A stretch of 64,000 nt of DNA from an uncultured archaeon (GTDB lineage Archaea; Thermoproteota; Nitrososphaeria; Nitrososphaerales; Gagatemarchaeaceae), in NCBI GenBank assembly GCA_963817525.1, contig CAWFOU010000001.1, positions 160,001-224,000 of the forward strand, read 5' to 3'. A program made the translations under genes and the position numbers. Below, in pieces: positions 1-9,037 of this stretch. Each line of letters opens with the position of its first letter. Within the stretch, counting starts at the first letter, position 1. A model generated the notes under the pieces. That model had not been told where the DNA came from. It did no database searches and saw nothing but the letters and a program-made list of their open reading frames with translations.

Positions 1-347
1 GGATATCCAACTTCGTCACCTTCCTGAAGAACACAGGCGCGTGGAGGCGGAAGCTCAGGGTGGCGGAGTACGGGGACCCCGAGAAGGACAAGGAGTTCCT
101 GGAGAGCATATCTCCTAGCAACAACGCCGAGCGCATAAAGTCGCCCCTCTTCATCATCCACGGGACCAACGACCCTCGGGTCCCCGTCGGCGAGGCGGAG
201 CAGATCGCCGAGACGCTGAAGAGGCACGGTACCGAGGTCCACCTCATGAAGTTCGAGGACGAGGGCCATGGGCTGGTCAAGCTGAAGAACAGGATCGCCG
301 GCTATTCGGCGGCGGTCGAGTTCCTGATGCGGCACTTGTCTGGCTAG
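1..347 (+). CDS. S9 family (prolyl oligopeptidase/acylaminoacyl peptidase) C-terminal part, truncated by window edge
   Basis: IIHGTNDPRVP and DEGHG motifs (catalytic Asp/His); frame is open upstream of 60. Confidence 0.85.
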   Translation, partial: ISNFVTFLKNTGAWRRKLRVAEYGDPEKDKEFLESISPSNNAERIKSPLFIIHGTNDPRVPVGEAEQIAETLKRHGTEVHLMKFEDEGHGLVKLKNRIAGYSAAVEFLMRHLSG

Positions 348-1795
348 CCGCCCCGCCTCGTCCATGAGAGGCTCGGGCCGGCCCCTGCTCTTCCCCACCC
401 TGCCTTCCTGTACACCAGCGAGATCGCGACCAGCGCCGTCAATAGGACGGGGACCACGGCCCAGCCCGGGAACTCCGGAGCGGGAGTCGCGGTGGTCGAG
501 CAGGAAGTCACCGCGGGGCTGCCGACGAAGTTGCCTGCCCCGTCGATCACCCCGCCGCAGGCGTTAGTGAGGGTCCCGGAGTTGGATATCTCCCCGGAGT
601 TCGAGATCGTCCGCCAGTTGGTGATCGAGGCGCCGTTGTTGTTGTCGATGTAGCCCGACGTGATGATGCTCAAGGAGTTGTTGATGGAGCCGAAGTTGTC
701 GATGGTCCCGAGGTTCGAGACCGTGCCCAAGTTGTCAAAGGCCCCGATGTTCAGGGTGGTCCCCAGCGCGTCGTTGAAGAAGACGCCAGAGTTCACGGTC
801 GTCCCCTCGTTTGTGAAGTTTCCCAGCTGGGGGCGTCGGGGATTGAGATTGCTGTTGCCGAGGTTCCCCCGGTTGTCTATCGTGCCGGCCGGGGTGTTGA
901 GGAGGAGCCCGTCGCTGCTGAGCGTCCCGCACGAGGCCAGGAGGCACCCGATGAGGACCGTCACCGTGCCCGAGTTGCTGAGGGTGCCGTTGTTGCTGAT
1001 GTACGAGACGTCGGTCAGGCTGCCGTCGTTTTCGAAGAACCCTCCGTTGTTGATCACGCTGAACACGTTCTGCTGCTCGGAGATCGTTCCTAGGTTGGTG
1101 ATCGTCCCGGTGCTGTTGAAGGTCCCGCCGTCGTCGGTGACCACCCCGCCCACGAGATTGGTGAAGTTCCCCGCGTTCTTCGTCAGCGGTGCGCTGAACT
1201 TTCCCGTGTTGAACGTCGCCGAGGCCAGGGTGACGTTCCCAGAGTTGGTGAACGAGGCCTTTGCTGTGTTGGTCAGGTTTCCATAGCTGAGGAGCATGCC
1301 GCCGTTGGAGAACACCCCAGAGTTCGTGAAGTTGAAGCTACCGACGCGGACGGAGAGCTCCGCGGGGTGTTCGACCGTGATGTTCCCCGTGGGGTAGTTG
1401 GTCATCGAGCCCTCGTTGAAGATCGTCCCGTTGCTGACGTAGGCAGTGATGGCGCCAGAGTTGACGACGTTGCCCCCCACGTCGTTAGCGATCGTGCCGT
1501 AGTCCCCGATGACGCCGTCGTTGGTGAGCGTGACACCAGCCGCGACGACGAGGATCGCCGCCGGGTCGACCGTGAGCGAATCCCCCGAGCCGAGGGTCAG
1601 GTCGCTCGCCAGGACACACGTGTCTGGGGCGGTGAAGCTTCCGCCCATGCTCGCGCAGACGCTGCCGACGTCAGGTTCGTTGGGGTTCAGGACGTAGGAG
1701 GCGGCCGCAAGCGAGGCCTGCGAGGACGAGAGCAGCAGCGCGCAGAGGGCGATCGCGAGGGAGATCGATAGGGCGGCCTTCTTGCCGGATTTCAA
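344..1795 (-). CDS. Secreted Asn/Gly/Thr-rich beta-helix-like surface protein with PEF-CTERM sorting signal
   Basis: Signal peptide after probable TTG start at 1795; many (I/F)xNxG repeats; C-terminal PEFP + TM helix + basic tail. Confidence 0.7.
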   Translation of the reverse strand: MKSGKKAALSISLAIALCALLLSSSQASLAAASYVLNPNEPDVGSVCASMGGSFTAPDTCVLASDLTLGSGDSLTVDPAAILVVAAGVTLTNDGVIGDYGTIANDVGGNVVNSGAITAYVSNGTIFNEGSMTNYPTGNITVEHPAELSVRVGSFNFTNSGVFSNGGMLLSYGNLTNTAKASFTNSGNVTLASATFNTGKFSAPLTKNAGNFTNLVGGVVTDDGGTFNSTGTITNLGTISEQQNVFSVINNGGFFENDGSLTDVSYISNNGTLSNSGTVTVLIGCLLASCGTLSSDGLLLNTPAGTIDNRGNLGNSNLNPRRPQLGNFTNEGTTVNSGVFFNDALGTTLNIGAFDNLGTVSNLGTIDNFGSINNSLSIITSGYIDNNNGASITNWRTISNSGEISNSGTLTNACGGVIDGAGNFVGSPAVTSCSTTATPAPEFPGWAVVPVLLTALVAISLVYRKAGWGRAGAGPSLSWTRRGG

Positions 1796-2005
1796 AGGGG
1801 CGGTCTCCCGAAGACCATAGGGGCGTCTATCGGAAAGATTCCGGGCAATTCTACATTCCTCACCAGATGCCGCATCCCGCATAGTTAAGCGTTAGACGGC
1901 CGCGCCGACCACCCGCCGGGGAGAAGGGCGAGCGCAAGGTTGATTTTCGGGCCGCGCGGGTCATCGTGATGTGCCGAGGAGACTGCTGGGTCTTGTGAGC
2001 TGGCC

Positions 2006-3214
2006 TTGAGGACGCGCCTCCGATATCTCCTCTCCTTGCCGCTGCTCGCCCTGCTCGTCCTTGCGCCCGTGGGCCAAGCCGGCGCGGCCTCCCTGGGGCA
2101 GTGGACGCCCACCACCAGCTACCCGATCGGCGTCGGGGGTGACTCCTGCGTCACCTACTCGGGCTATGTCTACTGCGTCGGCGGCTTCGACGCGAACGGG
2201 AACGACTACGACGACGTCTACTACGCACAGCTGTCCCCGTCGGGAATTGGAAGCTGGACCGCGGCGACTCCGTACCCGGCCAAGGTCGACAGCGCCGCCT
2301 GCTTCGCCGAAGCTTCCACCATCTACTGCGTGGGAGGCGAGAGCTCGACTACCGTCTTCGACAACGTCTACAGCGCGTCGATCTCTCCATCGGGCCTTGG
2401 GGGATGGTCGAGCGACGCCTCCTACCCCCGGGCCGTGGCCGGCGAGTCCTGCGTCACCTATTCGGGCTATGTCTACTGCGTGGGAGGCTTCAACACGAGC
2501 GGCGAAGGTTCGGCCGCGACGTACTATGCCTCGATCTCCTCTGGCCCGACCGCGTGGACCAGCACTACGCCTTACCCGTTCAACATCTACACCGTGCCTT
2601 GCGTGGCGCAGGCGAACTACATCTACTGCGTCGCCGGCCAACAGGAGAACACTGTAGGTGGTACGGGGGCCAACACCAACTACCCGACAGCCCAGGTCTA
2701 CTACGCCCAGCTGTCTTCCTCGGGGATAGGAACCTGGTCCGCCTCGCCGGCCTTTCCGCAGGCCCTGGCCTCGCCGTCCTGCGTCGCGTATTCCAGCGAA
2801 GTCTTCTGCCTCGGTGGCTACGGGGTATCCCAATTCAGCAACAGTAACGCGTACTACAGCTCGATCCTGCCGTTCGGCCTTGCTCCCTGGAATGCCACGA
2901 CCCCGTACCCCATCCCGTTCGACCTGAGCTCCTGCGTCTCGGACTACTCGGACATCTACTGCATAGGCGGCAGGTCTTATAGCACGAGCGGCCTCTCGAT
3001 GCTGAGCTCCGACTACTACGCCGCTCTCACTCCTTCGGGACCCAACGCCACTTCGAGTTCCAGCTCTTCAGCCACGGTTTCCTCGACTTCATCCTCGAGC
3101 TCGACCGTGCCTGAATTCCCCACGGCCGCTGCCCTGCCCCTCGTCCTGGCGACGTGCATGGTAATAGTCGCCGTGCTAGCTCGCAGGAATTCTGCGCGCC
3201 CGAGCGACGCCTAG
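2006..3214 (+). CDS. Kelch-like beta-propeller surface protein with PEF-CTERM
   Basis: Signal peptide; about six repeats W..TT.YP....SCV.YSGYVYCVGG; Ser-rich linker; VPEFP + TM + RR. Confidence 0.75.
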   Translation: MRTRLRYLLSLPLLALLVLAPVGQAGAASLGQWTPTTSYPIGVGGDSCVTYSGYVYCVGGFDANGNDYDDVYYAQLSPSGIGSWTAATPYPAKVDSAACFAEASTIYCVGGESSTTVFDNVYSASISPSGLGGWSSDASYPRAVAGESCVTYSGYVYCVGGFNTSGEGSAATYYASISSGPTAWTSTTPYPFNIYTVPCVAQANYIYCVAGQQENTVGGTGANTNYPTAQVYYAQLSSSGIGTWSASPAFPQALASPSCVAYSSEVFCLGGYGVSQFSNSNAYYSSILPFGLAPWNATTPYPIPFDLSSCVSDYSDIYCIGGRSYSTSGLSMLSSDYYAALTPSGPNATSSSSSSATVSSTSSSSSTVPEFPTAAALPLVLATCMVIVAVLARRNSARPSDA

Positions 3215-3230
3215 AGGTGTCGCGGTCCCG

Positions 3231-4010
3231 TCACTTGGGCGTCGGCTGGTGCTGGTCCGGCCCTACGGTCGTCGCTTGCGGCGTCGGCCTGTTGGCGTAC
3301 CTGTAAACGACGAACACGTAGACGAGGAACACTGGGAGGACGAGGAGGTCTGTTAGATTCGTCGGGCTCGTCAGGATGGACACCAAGGTCTTACTCTCAG
3401 TCACCTGGCGCGACAGAGGCACGAAAAGGAGCCCGCTGTACGACAGCACCTCGGAGACCGCCCAAACCGTCGGGAACGAGAGGAGGAGCGAGGAGACGAC
3501 CACCTTCATGTTTGCCTGCTTGACCTTCCGCACTTGGTTCTTGAGCGCGTAGGTGGCCGCGACCACAACGATTATCGCCAGTACCATGCCTATCACCGTC
3601 GAGTCGTAGTCTATCGGGAGCAGGCCGACGAGGACGATGGACGCCTCGAACGCCTCGATCGCCCCCACCGAGAACCCCGTTGACATCACGCCCTTCTCGA
3701 AGTGGTCTGAGGCGACCTTGTTCTTCCTGGCGTTCAGGACCGAGCGCCTAGCGCTCTTGATGAGCCGCTGCCCAAAATAGAGGAGAAGGACCCCGCCGAT
3801 CAGCTTCACGTCCAGTATGGGTAGGCGGGTGAAGGCCGCGCCGATCACGAAAAGGGGGATGAATACCGCCGCGACCCCCAGCGCGACGTAGAAGAATGCG
3901 GCTGGCCGCCTCGACTCTCCGTAGAGCGCGAGCCCGACCGCGGAGGCCTCGACCATCTCTAGCATCGTTATCCCGAGAGCGGCGAAGAGTATGGCTGGGT
4001 CGAGATTCGT
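3231..4010 (-). CDS. Integral membrane protein with duplicated ExxE-type motifs (COG4280/FTR1-like)
   Basis: LEMVEASAV and IEAFEASIV motifs with multiple TM segments; frame is open upstream of the 3965 ATG to an ACG at 4010. Confidence 0.6.
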   Translation of the reverse strand, partial: TNLDPAILFAALGITMLEMVEASAVGLALYGESRRPAAFFYVALGVAAVFIPLFVIGAAFTRLPILDVKLIGGVLLLYFGQRLIKSARRSVLNARKNKVASDHFEKGVMSTGFSVGAIEAFEASIVLVGLLPIDYDSTVIGMVLAIIVVVAATYALKNQVRKVKQANMKVVVSSLLLSFPTVWAVSEVLSYSGLLFVPLSRQVTESKTLVSILTSPTNLTDLLVLPVFLVYVFVVYRYANRPTPQATTVGPDQHQPTPK

Positions 4011-4180
4011 GTGTCTAGCTCACCTTCCCGTCGGGCGGTCTCGATTGCCTCCGCCCTATTCAATGTTGAAGCTAGGACCTGCCCGCATTCTCTTGTCAAC
4101 CCGCCGCGCCCGCGTTCATCGTTGCCTAGGGGCTGGTCCAGCGAACTCCTGAAGTCAAGGTCGCGCCCGAGGCTCGCGCC

Positions 4181-5028
4181 ATGGCAAAGACGAAGGGGCG
4201 GCGCGTCAGGGGCGCCTACGCCTCGCGGTGAACGGCCTGAAGGTCTACTATGAGGTGCGAGGTACGGGGAAACCCCTCGTCCTGCTCCACGGAGGCGCGG
4301 GAGCTGCGGAGATGTTCGAGGCGATCATGCCGATTCTCTCGAAGGGTCGACGCGTGGTCGCCGCAGAGCTGCAGGCCCACGGGCACACCGCGGACATAGA
4401 CAGGCCCCTGAGTTACGAGCTCATGGCGGACGACATCGCCGCGCTCGTCACGCACCTCGGGCTGGGCAAGGTCGACCTGATGGGATACTCCTTGGGCGGA
4501 GGGGTTGCGCTGCGGACGGCCATCCAGCACCCGGAGGTCGTGAACAGGCTCGTGCTCGTCTCTTGCGCCTTCAGGCGGGAAGGATGGTATCCCGAGATCC
4601 TGGCCGCGATGGCAAGCAGCGGCCCGGAGTCGGCCGAGGGGCTAAAGCAGACCCCCACGTACAAGGTCTACGAGAGGATCGCGCCGAGAGTCGAAGACTG
4701 GCCGATTTTGATGACGAAACTTGGGGACATGCTGCGGAGGGACTACGACTGGTCCGAGGAGGTTGCCAAGATCAATGCCCCAGTGTTGCTGGCGTTCGGG
4801 GACTCTGACAGCGTTCGCCCCTCCCACGCCGTCGAGTTCTTCGAGCTTTTGGGCGGCGGAAAGAGGGACGGGGGCTGGGACGGCTCAGGCGTGCCGGACT
4901 CGCGCCTGCTCATCCTCCCAGGCACCACGTACTACAACAGCTTCTCCTCCGGGGTGATGGCTGCGGAGGCGGCCGATTTCCTGGCGTCGCCTGTCCGGGG
5001 CAGGATGTCCGGGGCGCACCGAGGGTGA
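4181..5028 (+). CDS. Alpha/beta hydrolase (apparent frameshift near 4226; intact ORF from GTG 4228)
   Basis: LLHGG oxyanion motif, GYSLGG nucleophile elbow; upstream ATG 4181 frame ends in GAYAS just before VNGLKVYYE. Confidence 0.8.
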
Positions 5029-5036
5029 TGAGAGGG

Positions 5037-5453
5037 ATGGACATCAAGAGAAGCGGCTCGCAGCCCTCGACAAGGGGGTCGGCGGATTATTTCACGGGGA
5101 CCGTGCGGATCGACCCCCTCTTCCAGACGGAAGACCCCGCGAGGGTGGCCGGCGCGAGCGTCACATTTGAGCCAGGCGCTCGCACCGCCTGGCACACGCA
5201 CCCGCTCGGTCAGACCTTGGTCGTGACGGCGGGCTGCGGTCTGGTGCAGCGCTGGGGCGGCCAGATCGAGGAGATCCGGCCTGGCGACTTGGTCCTGATC
5301 CCACCGGGCGAAAAGCACTGGCACGGCGCCACAGCGACGGTCGCCATGACGCACATCGCGATTCAGGAACGGCTTGGCGGCAGGATTGCGGACTGGATGG
5401 AGAAGGTCACCGAGGACCAGTATCAAGGGACACCTCAGACCAATCGGACCTGA
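5037..5453 (+). CDS. Cupin domain protein
   Basis: [16 protein letters not shown] and PGEKHWHGA cupin motifs. Confidence 0.9.
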   Translation: MDIKRSGSQPSTRGSADYFTGTVRIDPLFQTEDPARVAGASVTFEPGARTAWHTHPLGQTLVVTAGCGLVQRWGGQIEEIRPGDLVLIPPGEKHWHGATATVAMTHIAIQERLGGRIADWMEKVTEDQYQGTPQTNRT

Positions 5454-5471
5454 GGCAGGACGCGGCGCGAG

Positions 5472-5512
5472 TGGTGCGGGGGGGGGGCACATCGCACTTT
5501 AGGTTCAAATCG
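5472..5512 (-). repeat. Distal att-like copy of tRNA-Leu 3' end (CCCCCCGCACCA) plus conserved 23-bp motif
   Basis: catcgcactttaggttcaaatcg at 5490-5512 is identical to 6158-6180. Confidence 0.8.
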
Positions 5513-5556
5513 CAACCTCTAGAGGAAAAGATGAGGTCCACAGCTGGCGCGATTTC

Positions 5557-5964
5557 CTATCGCTCAGAGGCTCCTGGCATAGGAGCGTATCTCTTCCAGA
5601 TGAACTCGGGAGTGAAGCTCAGACCCAAAATGGCCAAGAAAGCAATCCAAAACAGGCTCCAGCTGAATGAAATCACAGAAAGGACGTTAAGCAGGCCAAA
5701 AACACTGAGAATGGGAAAGGCGATTCCGTCAACCATGCAGTGTACCCTGCCGCATGACCTTCCGTTGACGAAACAGCCAATTCCGACCCAGGCAACCGAA
5801 GCAGTCCAGAGGAGTCCCTCGAAGCTGGCCGACAGCAAGGACGCTTGGTACGCATAGGTGGCGAAGACGGCCAGCGCGGCAGGCACTCCCCAAAGGGCGT
5901 AACACCAAGGAGGACTTTCATAGTCTCTTCCGCGCCTTGAATCTAACGGAACGCTGAGAGTCAC
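5557..5964 (-). CDS. Small membrane protein with CxxNGxxCGRxHC motif (possible metal binding)
   Basis: About four TM segments; GCFVNGRSCGRVHC. Confidence 0.55.
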   Translation of the reverse strand: MTLSVPLDSRRGRDYESPPWCYALWGVPAALAVFATYAYQASLLSASFEGLLWTASVAWVGIGCFVNGRSCGRVHCMVDGIAFPILSVFGLLNVLSVISFSWSLFWIAFLAILGLSFTPEFIWKRYAPMPGASER

Positions 5965-6090
5965 GGTCGTCGGGCATTAGTGGAGACCCCGCCCTTTCAT
6001 CTTTTCGTTATAGCCGAGTGCAGGTTGGTGGAGACTTTCAGGGGAATCGATTTCACAAAACCAATTCCTTCCGATCCAAGACATCAGTTC

Positions 6091-6180
6091 AGGTTCTAAT
6101 CCCAACGGGTTGTGCAAATCTCGGACTGTCTCATGTGAAAGGTGTGCGGGGGGTGAGCATCGCACTTTAGGTTCAAATCG
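6091..6180. repeat. Internal junction repeat between the two cassettes
   Basis: 6091-6155 matches 7231-7295 ungapped at 55/65; 6158-6180 is identical to 5490-5512. Confidence 0.85.
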
Positions 6181-6342
6181 GCAACAACCAGCGCACGGCA
6201 TTGACAAGTCCAGGAGGACGAAGGCATATTTCCTGTCCTGCGTTGTGTGGAGGCAAGCCCATAACGGCTATTCAAGATAATTCTGCTTAGCTCGGACAAA
6301 AGTATATGATGAGCAGAATGCTCTGACATCTAACTTACGTAT

Positions 6343-7050
6343 CTATTTCGCGGGTTCGGCCGGCGTCGACTTGGTCCGAAGTATAACTCTCCCAGCGCCG
6401 AACCCCCACACCCCGATGAGAGGAATGAGTACGAGGTCGGAGGGTATCAGGTTCATCAAAGTTGCAAGAAGGCCACATACTCCGCCGATGAGCAGAACAT
6501 ATGAGAGCCACTTGGGGAACATCTCATCCTTCCAAATCACCCAGGCGAACAGAAGCAGGCCAATTCCGACAAGGAGACCAGCCAATACTGGGAGGAAGCT
6601 CGTGAACCCGACCATGACCGCGGCGAGATACGTGGCGTAGGTAGCGGATGTGGCTGTCGCTGGAGCTTGCGATATCGCAAAAAAGCCTCCGACTTCCAGG
6701 TCAAGGGCAATCGCAAATGTGAGTATGCCAGTGGCCACGAGAAGAGCTGCGGCAGAGGAGACGCTCGGCGACCTCTTCCGCACGACACCCGAGAACCCTC
6801 CCGCGAACGCAATGACAAATGTACAAAACAGAGTTTCTGCCAATGCATAAAATGCGAAGGCGTCGTGGTTGGTGTTGAACGACGAGAGGGCATTCTCCGG
6901 CGTGGGCTGTGGCGTCAGAGCGACGAGAACAAAAAACGAGACTAAATCGACGATAGTGAACACACCGAGAAGGATGCCGATGATTCCAGTTATTCGACCC
7001 CCCTTGTCTTGCGAGGAATCCGTATCCAAACAGCTCGGGCGCATACTCAT
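6343..7050 (-). CDS. Multi-pass membrane protein (DUF4386-like)
   Basis: About six TM helices; FPKWLSY-type motif near C-terminus. Confidence 0.6.
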   Translation of the reverse strand: MSMRPSCLDTDSSQDKGGRITGIIGILLGVFTIVDLVSFFVLVALTPQPTPENALSSFNTNHDAFAFYALAETLFCTFVIAFAGGFSGVVRKRSPSVSSAAALLVATGILTFAIALDLEVGGFFAISQAPATATSATYATYLAAVMVGFTSFLPVLAGLLVGIGLLLFAWVIWKDEMFPKWLSYVLLIGGVCGLLATLMNLIPSDLVLIPLIGVWGFGAGRVILRTKSTPAEPAK

Positions 7051-7284
7051 GAGGCACGCGAATAGTTAAGCGTTCCAGGCGAGTCCATCTTGGTTTGCCA
7101 GTTCAGTTTGGCAAAGATGAGGGCCTGCGTCCGCCGGATTTTCGGATATGCTCTTAGTTGATATCCTAACCGAGAACCTCCCGAGTGATACCTTACAGGA
7201 CAAAAATGCGGGAGTTGCGCACCGCACCTTAGGTTCAAATCCCAACGGGTTGTGCCGATTTCTGACCGTCTCATGTGATTAGTA

Positions 7285-7369
7285 TGCGGGGGGTGGGATT
7301 CGAACCCACGAACCCCTAAGGGATGGGGTCCTAAGCCCCACGCCGTTGACCAGGCTTGGCGACCCCCGC
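7285..7369 (-). tRNA. tRNA-Leu (anticodon TAG)
   Basis: 85 nt: GCGGGGG acceptor stem, anticodon arm TGGGG-CT-TAG-GA-CCCCA, long variable arm, GGTTCGAATCCC T-arm; CCA not encoded. Confidence 0.97.
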
Positions 7370-7637
7370 GTTGACGCGTCTCGCGCCAAACCTCGATTTT
7401 AACAGTTTTCCTTCAATAACGCCGGTTTCGTTCCCAAGGACCGCACCTGGACATCCTGATCGAGCGCGGAGCTTCACGGGCGCCTCTCCGCTGCGTACGG
7501 GGCGCGGAGAACCTCTCCAGGGTTGCCTTCCTGGGTGGTATTACCTCCGATTAGTGGAAGATGCTCCTAGGTAGACGGGCTATGGAAAAAGCTTTCATGG
7601 CTCTTTATAAGAGAAATCCTACTACTACTTCACTACC

Positions 7638-8981
7638 GTGAAGAGTTCTATCCGTAGGGGCAAGGGGGTATTTGTCGCAGCGACGATTGCCATCCTCGTG
7701 CTAGGGTTTCTGCCGACGGCCATCCGCCCTGCCTCGGCGGCCGCGCCCGCGTCGATGGGCCTGATCGTCCCGCTCTACGCCTACCCGACCAACCCGAGCT
7801 GGAGCGCCCTCATCCAGGCTAAGGAGGCCTATCCAAACGTGCCGATCATCGCGGTCGTGAACCCAGACTCCGGCCCCGGAAGCTCCGCAGACCCCAACTA
7901 CGTCGCGGGGATAGCCAGCCTGAAAGATGCAGGGATAACCGTCGTGGGATACATTGCCACGGACTACGCTTCCGTAAGCCTGAGCACCGTCGAGGCTTCA
8001 ATTTCCGACTACAAGAGCTGGTATAACGTCAACGGGGTATTCTTCGACGAGATGTCCAACAGCCAGGCGGAGTCCGGTTACTACTCCAGCGCAACGGACT
8101 ACGCCGACTCGATCGGGCTCGCCCTGACCGTCGGAAACCCGGGGACCAGCGTCCCCTCGGACTACGTCTATACTGTGAACATCATCGTCGTCTACGAGAG
8201 TCCCGGCGACCCAAGCACGTCGACCATCGCCAGCTCTGCCATGGGATACCCGAGCAGCAACTTCGCAGCGATGACCTACGATGTCAGCCTGCCAACCCAA
8301 TCCTATCTCCAGGACTTGGCCCCATACTTGGGGTATGTGTACTTCACCGACGGCCAAGCACCCAACCCCTATCCGGGTATAGTCGCAAGCTACCTAGACG
8401 ACCTCACGGCGATGCTGTCGTCCATGGGCGGCGGCTCTGGCACCCTGACAGTCCAGTCGGCCAACCTCAGCGGCGTCGCGATAACCGGCCTGTACACCGT
8501 CGTTTCGTCAACCAGCGGCGAAGTGCTGCAGACCGGATTCACGCCGCTTACGTTCTCTGGGGTCGTAGGCGACCAGTACGTCGTCTCTGTCTCAAACTAC
8601 GGCAGCGACGTCTTCAGCGACTGGAGCAGCGGTAGCACGAGCGCCGTGCAGACGGTGACCCTTGGAGATTCGACCGTCGAGACAGCCTACTACTCGACAG
8701 GCTCCACGCCCTCTACCTATCCCATCGACGTGAACTCATACAGCCTGAGCGGCAGCACCATAACGGGGCTTTGGGTCGTGGTGGAATCCTCAAGCGGAGC
8801 GGTCGTGGCGACTGGCTTCACCCCATTCTCCTACACGGGAACAGCGGGTTCGACGTACTCGGTCTCCGCCGGGAGCTACGGAAGCGACGTTTTCAGCGAC
8901 TGGTCGAGCGGGTCGACGGATCCCGTCTACACCTTTACGCTGTCCCAGGCGACCACTCTCGACGCCTACTACAACACCTAG
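7638..8981 (+). CDS. Secreted spherulin-4 family (GH135-like) protein with two C-terminal repeated beta domains
   Basis: IVPLYAYP, VVNPDSGPG, GVFFDE motifs; two ~85-aa repeats (GFTP...YGSDVFSDWSSGST). Confidence 0.8.
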   Translation: MKSSIRRGKGVFVAATIAILVLGFLPTAIRPASAAAPASMGLIVPLYAYPTNPSWSALIQAKEAYPNVPIIAVVNPDSGPGSSADPNYVAGIASLKDAGITVVGYIATDYASVSLSTVEASISDYKSWYNVNGVFFDEMSNSQAESGYYSSATDYADSIGLALTVGNPGTSVPSDYVYTVNIIVVYESPGDPSTSTIASSAMGYPSSNFAAMTYDVSLPTQSYLQDLAPYLGYVYFTDGQAPNPYPGIVASYLDDLTAMLSSMGGGSGTLTVQSANLSGVAITGLYTVVSSTSGEVLQTGFTPLTFSGVVGDQYVVSVSNYGSDVFSDWSSGSTSAVQTVTLGDSTVETAYYSTGSTPSTYPIDVNSYSLSGSTITGLWVVVESSSGAVVATGFTPFSYTGTAGSTYSVSAGSYGSDVFSDWSSGSTDPVYTFTLSQATTLDAYYNT

Positions 8982-9037
8982 GCGACCTCCCCGACTCCTG
9001 AAGGGATAATAACGCGAGCTAGTCCTCGGGTCGCAGA

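Larger units (their letters stand above)
5475..7284. mobile_element. Integrase-less islet of two tandem single-gene cassettes at tRNA-Leu 3' end
   Basis: Visibly lower G+C; tRNA 3'-end copies at 5475, 6145 and 7285; 65-bp end block duplicated. Confidence 0.65.

Noticed and set aside
5472-7300. CRISPR array interpretation of the repeats near tRNA-Leu
   Set aside because: Only 3-4 copies, separated by 0.07-1.1 kb including whole genes; no regular spacers and no cas genes.
7370-7637. Regulatory RNA between tRNA-Leu and the spherulin gene
   Set aside because: Only a 7-bp inverted repeat (TCTCCGC/GCGGAGA) and divergent TATA boxes; insufficient evidence.
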